The notes below the pieces were generated by a model. That model had not been told where the DNA came from, did no database searches, and saw nothing but the letters and a program-made list of their open reading frames with translations. A DNA stretch of 64,000 bases from Anaeromyxobacter sp. (GTDB lineage Bacteria > Myxococcota > Myxococcia > Myxococcales > Anaeromyxobacteraceae), in NCBI GenBank assembly GCA_049840735.1, contig JASGJN010000004.1, forward strand, positions 1 to 64,000, given 5' to 3'. Both the position numbers and the translations under genes were made by a program. This document shows, in pieces, positions 45,721-56,007 of this stretch (its first letter is position 1; every line of letters begins with the position of its first letter).

Positions 45721-46719
45721 GCGATCACCTCCGCCAGCGCGCCCAGCACCTCGCGCGCCCGCTCGCGCAGCGCCTTCGGGGCCAGCACCTCGGCGCGGTC
45801 GCCCAGCGCCAGGACGTGGCGCAGGAGCCCCTCGCCGTTGGTGACCTCCAGCTCCACCACCACCCCGCCCTCCTCCTCCCGCACCCGCGCCCGCGGGCCG
45901 AAGGAGGCGAGCACCTCCGTCGAGAACCGGCGAGTCGAGCCGGACGCGGGCGCGCAGCGGCCCGTGGACGGTGTACTCCCAGGCCTCGCGGGTGGCGTAC
46001 TCGGCCAGCGAGAAGTCCTTGCGCGGCTGGAAGTCAGCGGTGCGCGGGGCGGAGGGGTTCACCTCCAGCGCCTCCACGCGCGACAGGTGGAAGGTCCGGA
46101 TGTCCTTGCGCAGCAGGCACCAGCCCACCAGGAACCAGGCGCCGCCCTTCTGGAAGAGACCGTACGGGTGGACGTCGCGCTCGGTGCGCACCCGGCGCTC
46201 GGCGCCGGTGTAGGCCAGGTGGACCCGCTTCTTGTGCGCGATGGCGCGGGAGAGCGCCTCCACCTTGTCCCCCACCGCGCTGCCGTCCCCGTCGGCCGAG
46301 AGCTGCTGCGTGGCCACGGCGGCCGCCTCCGAGGCGCCGGGGGCGCGGGCGGCGAAGGAGAGCTTGTTGAGCGCGTGGGCCAGGTCGCGGGCGTAGGGGA
46401 AGCTGCCCTGGGCCAGGGCCGCCGAGCCGGCCACGTAGAGGAGCGCCAGGTCCTCCGGCGGCAGCTGGAGGTCAGGTAGGTAGAACTCGTCCTTGTCGAT
46501 CAGGTAGCCGGCGGGCAGGTCCTCGTCGCCGGCCACGTACCGGACCGGGATTCCCAGCTCCAGGAGATCCGCCTTGTCCCGCTCGAACTTGCGGATGGCG
46601 GCCTCGCCCTTCCCCGCGTAATCGTCGGGAAACTGCTCCTGGATCTCGCGCCAGGAGACGGGCTCGGCGGCCTTCAGCAAGAGGGCCGCCAGATCCAGGA
46701 GCCGCTGATCCTTCTGCAT
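45717..46719 (-). CDS. PafB-like HTH-WYL protein (frameshift near 45925)
   Basis: QRLLDL..RKFERDKADLLELGIP; RDVHPYG, GAWFLVG, RTFHLSRV. Confidence 0.85.
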
Positions 46720-46799
46720 CGGGCGAGAACCTAGCAGGCGCGCCCGGCCAGTCAACGTGTGCTACGATGGGCTGCACGTCGAGAGGCGGGAGCGGTCGC

Positions 46800-47426
46800 A
46801 TGGCAGGGCTGGGGCTCGGTCCACCCGACTTCGCGCTGTTCGAGATCGAGGACCCGGACGACAGGTCCGCGGCGCTCGAGGCCGTGCTGCTGCCCAAGCT
46901 CGGCGCCATCGCGCAGCAGTGCCTCTCCGGGCTGGGCCGCGTGGCCGGCCACGACCTCTTCCTCCACCCCGGCAAGCTGCAGCGGAAGCGCGGCGCCGCT
47001 CCGGAGGAGCTGCTGGTCGCGTTCTGCGAGAGCGAGCGCGGCTTCCGCGGCCTGCCCTTCCTCGGCATCGCGCTCACCCGGGAGCACCTGCACGCACGCG
47101 TGGGCGTCCGCGGCGAAGGGCCGCGGCGCGAGCCCATGCGCCAGGCCCTGCAGCGGGAGGCGGTCAACCTCTCGCGCAAGGGCAAGCCGTTCCGGCGCCT
47201 GCGGCAGTTCTCCGGCTGGAACCACGAGGAGCTGCCCGAGCTGGCCCCGGCCCACTCCGCCGCGTTCTGGGAGGAGCTGGCCGAGGAGCTGGCCGCCGGC
47301 GAGGCCGGGCTGGACGTGGGCATCTGCTGGACGCAGGACGAGGCCCGCAGCGTGGCGCTGGGCGACCTCCTGGGCGTGTTCCGCGACCTGGCGCCGCTCT
47401 ACAAGGTGCTGGTCAACGCGGAGTAG
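46800..47426 (+). CDS. Hypothetical protein, possibly DUF1054/YktB-like
   Basis: DFALFEIED..LLPKL N-terminus and F.DLAPLY C-terminus recall YktB; divergent from the WYL pair. Confidence 0.45.
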   Translation: MAGLGLGPPDFALFEIEDPDDRSAALEAVLLPKLGAIAQQCLSGLGRVAGHDLFLHPGKLQRKRGAAPEELLVAFCESERGFRGLPFLGIALTREHLHARVGVRGEGPRREPMRQALQREAVNLSRKGKPFRRLRQFSGWNHEELPELAPAHSAAFWEELAEELAAGEAGLDVGICWTQDEARSVALGDLLGVFRDLAPLYKVLVNAE

Positions 47427-47441
47427 GCCCTCGGCCTCCCT

Positions 47442-47998
47442 GCCCTTCGACTCCGCTCGCCCTGCGGGATCGCTACGCTCAGGGCGAACGGGGCCCCTCG
47501 GTGCCGGGCGGACCATGACTCAGGCCGGTCGGACCATGACTCAGGCCGAGCGGACCATGCGACTTGGCGCCGCTCTACAAGGTGCTGGTGAACGCGGAGT
47601 AGGGCCGCAGCGTCCCCTGCCCTTCGACTCCGCTCGCCCTGCGGGCTCGTTACGCTCAGGGCGAACGGGGCCCCTCGGAGCCGAGCGGACCATGACTCAG
47701 GCCGGTCGGACCATGACTCAGGCCGAGCGGACCATGACTCAGGCCGAGCGGACCATGACTCAGGCCGAGCGGACCATGACTCAGGCCGAGCGGACCATGA
47801 CTCAGGCCGAGCGGACCATGACCCAGGCCGGGCGGAAACAGCTCAGGCCGGGCGGACCCATGACTCAGGCCGAGCGGAAACAGCTCAGGCCGGTCGGACC
47901 CATGACCCAGGCCGGGCGGAAACAGCTCAGGCCGAGCGGGCTGTGAACCCGTTCGGCCTGAGCGTAGCCGCCGCGCAGCGGCGGCGGAGTCGAAGGCC
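47442..47998. repeat. REP doublet enclosing a ~21-bp tandem array, with an internal ~176-bp duplication
   Basis: REP copies at 47442-47491 and 47619-47668, inverted copy at 47949-47998; unit CTCAGGCCGAGCGGACCATGA, about 12 copies in 47696-47939. Confidence 0.92.
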
Positions 47999-48013
47999 AG
48001 GGATCCGAGCGCC

Positions 48014-48889
48014 CTACGCGCTCTTCTCCACCGCCTCGTCCGTCCCGCCGGCGCCGCCCACCGGGCCCTCGGGCTCGGCCGGCGCGGAGGGCGTGGTGGC
48101 GCGCTTGGCCTCCTGCTCCGTCAGGCGGCGCTCCTCGCGGGCGGCCTGGCGCACCGCCTCGACCAGCTCCTCGTGGTCCTTGCGGAGCGCGTCGTGGCGG
48201 CGGCGCAGCTCGGCGTAGCGATCCGCCGCCAGCTCCAGCTCGCCCTTCTGCACCATGTAGACCCGCTTCTCGGTCTCGAGCCGGCCGCGCACGCCGCGCA
48301 GCGACGCCTCCAGCTCGCCGAGCTTCTTCCTGGCCTCGCCCAGCTTGGCCTCGGCCTTGTCGGCGCGATCCTTCTCGGCGGCCAGCGCGGCGGCGTCGGC
48401 GCCCGGGACGGCCACCGGCGCTGGCGCGGCCACGGCCACCGGGGCCGGCGCGGCGGCGGCGGCCTCGGCGCGGGCGCGGGCCTTCTCGGCGGCGGCGCTG
48501 GCGCGGACCAGCTCGGCCTCCAGCGCCTTGACCCGGGCCGACTGGCCCTCGGCCTCGGAGCGGGCCTCGGTCAGGCGGTGGCCCAGCTTCTCCAGCTCCT
48601 CGCGGAGCGCCTGGGCGCCGCCGGCCTTCTTGGCGGCCTCCTGCTGCTCATAGGCCTTCTTCTTGCTGCGCTCCAGGTCGGCCTTGAGCTGCGCCACCTC
48701 CTCGCGGCGGGCCTTGGCCTCGACCTTCACGTCGGCGGCGGCCTTGCGCGCCTCCTCCACCTCCCTGGCCTGCTGGGCCAGGGTGGCCTCGCGGGCGGCC
48801 AGCGCCGCCTTGGCGGTGCGCGAGGACATGGCGAAGGCGACGGCGGCGAGGACGCCAACCAAGGCGACGACGAGGAGGAGGACTTGCAT
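48014..48889 (-). CDS. Membrane-anchored coiled-coil protein
   Basis: N-terminal TM helix followed by long Ala/Glu/Lys/Arg heptads. Confidence 0.65.
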   Translation of the reverse strand: MQVLLLVVALVGVLAAVAFAMSSRTAKAALAAREATLAQQAREVEEARKAAADVKVEAKARREEVAQLKADLERSKKKAYEQQEAAKKAGGAQALREELEKLGHRLTEARSEAEGQSARVKALEAELVRASAAAEKARARAEAAAAAPAPVAVAAPAPVAVPGADAAALAAEKDRADKAEAKLGEARKKLGELEASLRGVRGRLETEKRVYMVQKGELELAADRYAELRRRHDALRKDHEELVEAVRQAAREERRLTEQEAKRATTPSAPAEPEGPVGGAGGTDEAVEKSA

Positions 48890-49066
48890 GGTGGAGGGGC
48901 TCCGGGTGGGAAGGCTCCTCCTCAGTACCGCGGATGCCGGGCATTGAAAAGCACCAGCGTCCAGGCGGGCAGGCCCCCGCCGCGGCGGCCCGGATGGCGG
49001 CCGGTTAGGGAAGGTCGAGAATCGGGGCCGACGCCGCGGGGCCGCCAGGCTAGGATCCCCCTCCCC

Positions 49067-50625
49067 ATGCGCCGCGTCGCCACCAAGATCTTCCTCGCCT
49101 TCGCGGTCTCGCTGGCCGCGTTCGGGGCCGTGGCGGCCTTCTCGGTCTCGCGGCTGCATGAGCTGCACCGGGACCTGCGGCTGCTCTCCGCCGGCTACCT
49201 GCCGCTGACGCGCATCGCCGCCCAGCTCGAGGTGAAGGACTGGGTGGCCAGCCGCGCGCTGGAGGCGCGGACCCTGGACCCGGCGGCGCGCCAGGCCTAC
49301 CTGCCGGTGGCCCGCGCCCACTTCCCGGCGCTGGTCCGCGAGAAGATCGAGGAGGGGAAGCGGGTGGCCGCCGAGGCCGCCGCCTTCGCCAGCGGCGACG
49401 AGGCCCGCTTCCTGGCCGACGTGACCGCCAAGCTGGAGAAGCTCTCCCGGCGCTGGTCGGAGTACGACGTGGAGGCGCGCGGCCTGCTCGACGCGCTGGA
49501 GGCGGGCGAGGGGCAGGGCGGGCGCGCGGCCCCGGACCTGGAGGCGCGCATCCAGAAGGTGCGCCTGCTGGAGAAGGGGCTCTCGGTGGACGTGCGGCTG
49601 CTGCAGGTCGCCCTGGAGGCGCAGATCGGCGACCGCGTGCAGGGCACCGAGCGCACCGAGGCAGCACCGTCTCGCTGATCCTCATCTACAGCGCGCTGGC
49701 GCTGGCGGTGGGGGCGGGCGCGGCGCTCATCTCGCACCGGCTGCTGGCCCCCATCCGCTCCCTGACCGAGGGCGTGAAGGCCGTGGCGGCCGGCGACCTC
49801 TCGCCCAAGGTCGAGGTGCGCAGCCAGGACGAGCTGGGGCTCCTGGCCCGCGAGTTCAACGCCATGGCCGCCTCGCTCGACCGGCAGCAGGCCGCGCTGC
49901 GGCGGGCGGAGCGGCTGGCGGCGGTGGGGCGCATCTCGGCCCAGATCACCCACGAGATCCGCAACCCGCTCAACGCCATCGGGCTCAACGCCGAGCTGCT
50001 CTCCGACGAGATCGGCGCCCTGCCCGGCCCGCCCCGCGAGGCGACGCAGCTGGTGGCCGCCATCTCGCGCGAGGTGGACCGGCTCAACGGCGTGGCCGAG
50101 GAGTACCTCCGCTTCGCGCGCATGCCGCGCCCCACGCTCGCGCCCTGCGATCTCAACGAGCTGCTCTCCGGCCTGCTGGACTTCCTGGCCCCGGAGCTGG
50201 CCGCCGCCGGCGTGGCGGTGGAGCGCCGCCTGGCCGCCGGGCTGCCGGCCGTGCGGGCGGACGAGGGGCAGCTGCGCGCCGTCTTCCTGAACCTGCTGCG
50301 CAACAGCCGCGAGGCCATGCCGCGCGGCGGCCAGGTGACGATCGCCACCCGCCCCACCGAGGGAGGGGTCGAGGCGGAGGTGCGCGACACCGGCGGGGGG
50401 ATCCCCCCAGGTGACCTGACGCGGATCTTCGAGCCGTTCTACTCCACCAAGCAGCGCGGCACCGGGCTGGGGCTCGCCTACACGCAGCAGGTGGTCGAGG
50501 AGCACGGCGGCACGGTGCGCTGCGAGAGCGCGGTGGGGCGCGGGACGGTATTCACGGTGCGGATCCCTGCGGTCGCCGAGCCGCCGGCGGTGGGCGCGGC
50601 GGACGAGGCGGCGGTGCGGGGCTGA
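49067..50625 (+). CDS. HAMP-containing sensor histidine kinase (frameshift near 49665)
   Basis: Two TM helices, DELG.LAREFN, HEIRNPL, NLLRN, DTGGG, FEPFYSTK, GTGLGL. Confidence 0.9.
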
Positions 50626-50674
50626 ACGGGGACAGGCAGGGCACGAGGGCGCCAGAGGAGGGCGCGAGAGCGAC

Positions 50675-52097
50675 ATGAGACGGCCGATTCGAGAGATCCC
50701 GCTGAGCCGACGGAAGGGACCGGCGCCGCGCGGCGCCGCCTTCAGGGTGGCCGCCCCCCGGGTGCGCACCGGGGCGCGCGCGCGCCGCCCGCAGGACGAC
50801 GGCTGGGGCGAGGTGGACCGCGCCGTGCTGCCCAACGGCCTGCGCGTCCTCACCGCCCGCGCACCGGGGCTCCACTCGGCCATGATCGCGCTCTACGTGC
50901 GGGCCGGCTCGCGCCACGAGTCGGCCGGCCGGAACGGCGTCTCGCACTTCCTCGAGCACCTCTTCTTCCGCGGCTCGGTGGGCTACCCGGACACGGTGGA
51001 GATGAACGCGGTGGTGGAGGCGGCCGGCGGCAGCCTCAACGGCATCACCGCCCGCGACCACGGCTGCTACTACACGCCCATCCACCCGGACGAGGTCGGC
51101 ACCGGCCTGGAGGTGCTGGGTGACCTGATGCAGCGACCGCTGCTCAAGGAGATGGACATCGAGCGCGAGGTCATCCTGGAGGAGATCCTCGACGAGGTGG
51201 ACGCGGGCGGGCGCGACATCGACCCGGACAACATCTCCAAGCGGATCGTCTTCGGGGACCACCCGCTGGGCTTCAAGAATCGCCGGCACCGCCGAGATCG
51301 TCCGGCGCCTGGCGCCGCGCGACGTGAAGGCCCACCTGGCCCGCTTCTACACCGGCAGCAACCTGGTGCTGGCGGTGGCCGGCCCGGTGCGGCCGGCCGA
51401 GGTGGTGGAGCTGGCGGAGCGCCACCTGGGCGCCCTGCCCCGCGGCAAGCCCAGCGTGGACCGGCCGGCGCCGCCCTGGCCGGACGGCCCGCGGCTGTCG
51501 CTGGTGGAGCACGACGACGCGCAGGCTGAGTTCTCGCTCTCCTTCCCCTGCCCGCCCGAGCGCCACCCGGAGTACCCGGTGCACCTGTGCATCCGGCGCC
51601 TGCTCGACGACGGCCTCTCCTCGCGCCTGCCCTTCGAGATCGTCGAGAAGCGCGGGCTGGCCTACGCGCTCCACGCCGGCATCGACACCTTCACCGACTC
51701 CGGCATGACCGTGATCGACGGCGCCTGCGCGCCCCGCAAGCTGCCGCGGGTCATCGAGGAGGTGCTGCGCGTGCTGGGGCGGCTGGCCGCGGAGCGCGTG
51801 CCGGAGGAGGAGCTCCTGCGGGTGCAGCGGCGCCACCGCATGACGCTGGCCTTCTCGCTCGACTCGGTGGCCGACCTGGCCGGCTGGTACGGCGCCGGCG
51901 AGGTGCTCTCCTCGCCGGAGGGGTTCGAGGAGCGCTGCCTGCGGGTGGAGGGGGTGACGCCGGCCGACGTGCAGCGGGTGGCGCGCCAGACCTTCCGCCG
52001 TCAGAACCTGGTGGCGGTGGTGGTGGGGCCGGCCACCCGGCGCGCCCGCGCGGCCGTCGATCGGGTGATCCACCGGAGCGACGTGCTGCCGGGCTGA
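50675..52097 (+). CDS. M16-family zinc peptidase (frameshift near 51280)
   Basis: LPNGLRV, GSRHE, HFLEH (HxxEH), SSRL..EKRGLAY. Confidence 0.9.
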
Positions 52098-52136
52098 GGC
52101 AGCGCCCACCACCCCGTTGGTGGTACCCTGATCCCG

Positions 52137-52463
52137 GTGATCTCGGACTTCGTCATCCGCGCGCTCGAGCGCCTCCGGGAGGATCGCTCCTTCAGCCGGA
52201 ACCGCTACTTCGTGGCGCTCTCCTCGCCCGAGGGGCGCCGCGCGCTGCGCATCCACCGCCACCTGCGCTCGCTGGAGCGCGACCTGGGGGCGGCGGGCGC
52301 GGCCGGCTCGGTGGCGCACGAGGCGGAGCGGGTGAGGCTCGCCATCCGCGGACCGCGCGGGTCGCGCACCGCCTGGCTGACCCGCGCCGAGTTCCGGATC
52401 CTCTGCACCAGCCCCGAGGTGCGGACCGCGCTGGGCCAGGCGGGCGAGGGGGCGGCGCGCTGA
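52137..52463 (+). CDS. Hypothetical protein
   Basis: 108-aa ORF with host-like codon use, coupled to the next gene by a TGATG overlap. Confidence 0.6.
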   Translation: MISDFVIRALERLREDRSFSRNRYFVALSSPEGRRALRIHRHLRSLERDLGAAGAAGSVAHEAERVRLAIRGPRGSRTAWLTRAEFRILCTSPEVRTALGQAGEGAAR

Positions 52464-52868
52464 TGGACCTCGAATCCCCTGCTGCTCACCGGGCACACCG
52501 TCATCGACGCCCAGCACCGCGAGCTGTTCAAGCGGCTGGGCCAGCTCCAGGCCGCGTCGCGCCAGCACCGCAGCCGGGAGGAGATCGGGCGCCTGCTCGA
52601 GTTCCTGGGCAGCTACGTCGAGGTCCACTTCGCCACCGAGGAGGAGGCCATGCTGGGCGCCGGCTACCCCGGCCTGGCGGCGCACCGGGCGGAGCACCAG
52701 CGCTTCACCGCCGAGATGGAGGGGCTGCGCGCCGAGTACGCGCGCGACGGGGCCGGGCCGCTGCTGGTGATCCGGGTGGGGAACCGCGTCACCGCCTGGC
52801 TCCGCGAGCACATCTCCCGGACCGACCGCGGCATGGGCGAGTGGCTGCGCGAGCACGGGGGCGTGTAG
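52463..52868 (+). CDS. Bacteriohemerythrin (frameshift near the start)
   Basis: TGHTVIDAQHRELF, HFATEE, YPGLAAHRAEH, WLREHI..D. Confidence 0.88.
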
Positions 52869-52888
52869 CGGGCGCTGCCGCTTTACAG

Positions 52889-53743
52889 CTACGGCGCGCC
52901 CGCCGACCGAGGCTCCCTGGTTCCTCGGACGGCGAGCGCGCCGCAAGGGTTCAAAGCTGGATCTTCTCCGGACAGGTACTCGGCCGTCCGGCCAGCGATC
53001 ACCACCGAATCGTCGCGGTCCTCGCAGCGCAGCCGGCCGCCGCGTGCCGAGGCCTGGAAGGCCTCCAGGCGCCGCTTGCCCAGCCGCGCCGCCCAGTACG
53101 GGACCAGCGCGCAGTCGATCGACCCCGTCACCGGATCCTCCGGGATGCCGGCCTGCGGGGCGAAGTAGCGGGAGACGAAGTCGAGGCCGGCGCCGCTGCG
53201 GGCCGGGGCGGTGACCACCAGCCCGTGGCCGGGCAGCTCGCGGACCGCGGCCAGGTCCGGCTGGCAGGCGCGCACCGCCTCCTCGCCGTCCAGCAGCGCG
53301 ATCCAGTCGCGCGCCAGGACGGCCTCCCGGGGCGCGCGCCCCAGGGCGCGGACCAGCGCCGGCGGCGGCGCGCCCGGCACCGGCACATGGCGCGGGAAGA
53401 CCATCGAGAGCAGGCCGTCCGGCTCGCGGCTGACGGTGAGCGGGCCGCTCTGCGAGGCGAAGGTGACGGCGCGGGCGCCGGGCTCGAGGTGCGTCAGCAC
53501 CACGTGGGCCGAGGCCAGCGTGGCGTGGCCGCAGAGCTCGACCTCATAGACGGGCGTGAACCAGCGGATGTGCCAGCCGGCGGCGTCGCGCAGCAGGAAG
53601 GCGGTCTCGGAGAGGTTGTTCTCGGCGGCGATGGCGCGGAGCGTGGCGTCGGGCAGCCAGGCCTCGAGCGGGCAGACCGCCGCCGGGTTCCCGGCGAAGA
53701 CCTGCTCGGCGAAGGCGTCAATCTGCCACATCCGCAGCTTCAT
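52889..53743 (-). CDS. PhzF-family epimerase/isomerase
   Basis: DAF..GNPAAV, NLSETAF, RWFTP..EVELCGHATLA, EDPVTGS. Confidence 0.9.
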   Translation of the reverse strand: MKLRMWQIDAFAEQVFAGNPAAVCPLEAWLPDATLRAIAAENNLSETAFLLRDAAGWHIRWFTPVYEVELCGHATLASAHVVLTHLEPGARAVTFASQSGPLTVSREPDGLLSMVFPRHVPVPGAPPPALVRALGRAPREAVLARDWIALLDGEEAVRACQPDLAAVRELPGHGLVVTAPARSGAGLDFVSRYFAPQAGIPEDPVTGSIDCALVPYWAARLGKRRLEAFQASARGGRLRCEDRDDSVVIAGRTAEYLSGEDPALNPCGALAVRGTREPRSAGAP

Positions 53744-53755
53744 GGTCGTGCTCTC

Positions 53756-54019
53756 CTACCGCGCCGCCGCGTGGGCGAACCGGCTGGAGATGGTCGCCGG
53801 CTGGGCCAGCGGGACCACCTCGAGGCGGGCCGGCGTGAGCGCGAACACCACCAGGCGCCCCTTCCAGCTGCTCTCGAACGCCTGGGCGGCGCGGACCACG
53901 TGATCCTGCCCGTCGCGCTGGCGCGTGATCCAGACCTCGCCCGAGCGGACCCGGACCTGGATCCCGTCCCGCCCCACGTCAGCGGCCCACGTCTGCGATT
54001 CGGAGAGGTCGAGCATCAT
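53756..54019 (-). CDS. DUF2917-like small cupin protein (start uncertain)
   Basis: VRSGEVWITR..DGQDHVV motif; divergent from a MocR gene, a typical context. Confidence 0.65.
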   Translation of the reverse strand: MMLDLSESQTWAADVGRDGIQVRVRSGEVWITRQRDGQDHVVRAAQAFESSWKGRLVVFALTPARLEVVPLAQPATISSRFAHAAAR

Positions 54020-54049
54020 GGCGAGGGCATTAGTAAGACTCCCGGACGG

Positions 54050-54115
54050 GACATAACAGATACAGAATTGTCGATTTGCGACCAGCACAGTTACACTACA
54101 TCGGAACCTGTGCTA
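54050..54115. promoter_or_regulatory. AT-richer divergent promoter with candidate MocR operator repeats
   Basis: ACAG direct repeats (TAACAGATACAG, CACAGTT) and an inverted CTGTG between divergent genes. Confidence 0.35.
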
Positions 54116-54125
54116 GCCTCGCGAC

Positions 54126-55577
54126 ATGGCTGAGGGTTCCGCCGCTGCGGCAGCTCCGCACACCCCGCTCTACGAGCAAATCGCCCGCCGCTACGCGGCC
54201 GCCATCGAGAAGGGGACCTTCGCGCCCGGGGAGCGGTTCCCGTCGGTGCGACGGCTTGCGGCGGAGGAGCGGGCCAGCGTCTCCACCATCCTGCAGGCGG
54301 TGGCGCAGCTGGAGCTGCTGGGGCTGCTCGAGGCCCGGCCGCGCTCCGGCCACTTCGTGCGGCTGCGGGCCCGTCCGCCGGCGCCGCGCCCGGTGGCGCC
54401 GCCCGCCAGCGCGGCGGTGAGCCACGTCGAGGTGGCCGAGCTGGTGGCGCGCGTCTACCACGCCGCCCGCGACCCCTCGCTGGTGCACCTGGGCCACGCG
54501 CTGCCCGACCCGGCGCTGCTGCCCACGCGCGCGCTGGCCCGCGCCACCGCCTCGGCGGCGCGCCGGCCGGAGGGCGGGGTGCGCTACGAGATGCCGCCCG
54601 GGCTGCTGGAGCTGCGGCGGGCGGTGGCGCGGCGCGCGCTGACCTGGGGCTGCGTCCTCTCCGAGGACGACCTGGTCATCACCAGCGGCGCCACCGAGGC
54701 CATCCACCTGGCGCTCTTGGCCTGCACGCAGCCGGGCGAGGCGGTGGCGGTGGAGTCGCCCGCCTACTACGGCACGCTGCAGACGCTGGAGGCGCTGGGG
54801 CTGCGCGTCATCGAGGTCCCCTGCCGGCCGGAGAGCGGCATGGACCTGGACGAGCTGCAGCGCCGCATCGACCGGCACGACGCGCGCGCGGTGCTGGCGG
54901 TGCCCACCTTCTCCAACCCGCTCGGCTCCTGCATGCCGGACGAGGCCAAGCAGCGGCTGGTGAAGCTCGTCTCGGCCCGCGGGATCCCGCTCATCGAGGA
55001 CGACGTGTACGGCGAGCTGGCCTTCGCGCCGGCCAGGCCGCGCGCCGCCAAGGCCTTCGACACCGACGGCAGCGTGATGCTGTGCGGCTCCTTCTCCAAG
55101 ACGCTGGCCGCCGGCTACCGGGTCGGCTACGCCGCGCCCGGCCGCTGGCGCGAGCGGCTGGAGCTGCTCAAGTTCTCGCTCAACGTGGCCACCCCCACGC
55201 TCCCGCAGCAGGCCATCGCGCGCTTCCTGGTGGGCGGCGGCTACGACCGCCACCTGCGCTCGCTGCGCGACCACCTGGCGCGCACCACCGCCCGCACCGC
55301 GGCGGCGGTGGCCGAGTCCTTCCCCGCCGGCACCCGCGTCTCGCACCCCTCCGGCGGCTGCTTCCTGTGGGTCGAGCTGCCGGCGCAGGTGGACGCGCTG
55401 GAGCTGCACGCGCGGGCCCACGACGCCGGCGTGAGCATCGCCCCCGGGCCGCTCTTCTCGCCCACGCAGGGCCACCGCAGCTGCATCCGGCTCTCCTGCG
55501 GCGCGCCCTGGAGCGACCGGATCGACGCCGCGGTCCGGCTGGTGGGGCGGCTGGCGACGCGGCTGGCCGGGGGCTGA
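54126..55577 (+). CDS. MocR/GntR-family PLP-dependent transcriptional regulator
   Basis: LYEQIA..PSVRRLA wHTH; NPLG, EDDVY, SFSKTLA.G.RVG. Confidence 0.93.
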   Translation: MAEGSAAAAAPHTPLYEQIARRYAAAIEKGTFAPGERFPSVRRLAAEERASVSTILQAVAQLELLGLLEARPRSGHFVRLRARPPAPRPVAPPASAAVSHVEVAELVARVYHAARDPSLVHLGHALPDPALLPTRALARATASAARRPEGGVRYEMPPGLLELRRAVARRALTWGCVLSEDDLVITSGATEAIHLALLACTQPGEAVAVESPAYYGTLQTLEALGLRVIEVPCRPESGMDLDELQRRIDRHDARAVLAVPTFSNPLGSCMPDEAKQRLVKLVSARGIPLIEDDVYGELAFAPARPRAAKAFDTDGSVMLCGSFSKTLAAGYRVGYAAPGRWRERLELLKFSLNVATPTLPQQAIARFLVGGGYDRHLRSLRDHLARTTARTAAAVAESFPAGTRVSHPSGGCFLWVELPAQVDALELHARAHDAGVSIAPGPLFSPTQGHRSCIRLSCGAPWSDRIDAAVRLVGRLATRLAGG

Positions 55578-55684
55578 AGGCCGCGGCGGGGCGCGGGGTT
55601 GCGCGAGGACCGCAACCTTTCCCGCGGTGGCGGGTTGGAGTGGGCAAGAGGCCGATCACCGGCCCAGTCCTCCGGGAGCCCGCC

Positions 55685-55996
55685 ATGACCACCTTCCTCC
55701 GCACCGCCGCCGCCCTCGCCGCCCTCGCCACCGCCCTCCCCGCCCTGGCGGACCGCCCCGCCGCGCGCCAGGTCCGCCAGCAGGAGCGGATCGGGCAGGG
55801 CGTGCAGAGCGGCGAGCTGACCCGCCACGAGGCGCTCCGCCTGGAGCGGCAGGAGGCCCGCCTCCACCGCGGAATCGTGCGCGACCGCGTCGACGGCGGT
55901 GGCCTCAGCCCGGCCGAGCGCGCCAAGAATCGAGCGCCAGCAGGACCGGATGAGCGCCCGATCCACGCGCAGAAGCACGACGCGCAGGTGCGGTAG
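55685..55996 (+). CDS. Small secreted helical protein
   Basis: Signal peptide; RQVRQQERIGQGVQSGELTRHEALRLE..KHD motif. Confidence 0.65.
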   Translation: MTTFLRTAAALAALATALPALADRPAARQVRQQERIGQGVQSGELTRHEALRLERQEARLHRGIVRDRVDGGGLSPAERAKNRAPAGPDERPIHAQKHDAQVR

Positions 55997-56007
55997 GCGG
56001 AATCCCT

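Noticed and set aside
47503..47939. Possible CRISPR array near WYL genes
   Set aside because: Units are contiguous 20-22-bp repeats with no unique spacers, and no cas genes are in the window.
46759..47946. ORF with (MTQAERT)n repeats
   Set aside because: It overlaps the better-supported gene 46800-47426 in another frame and reads through REP elements; it is a translation of the DNA array.
51587..54133. Long alternative-frame and antisense ORFs throughout (e.g. 848 aa here, 36464-38353, 60854-62950)
   Set aside because: Arg/Ala/Gly/Pro-rich shadow ORFs typical of high-GC DNA, overlapping genes with clear family motifs.
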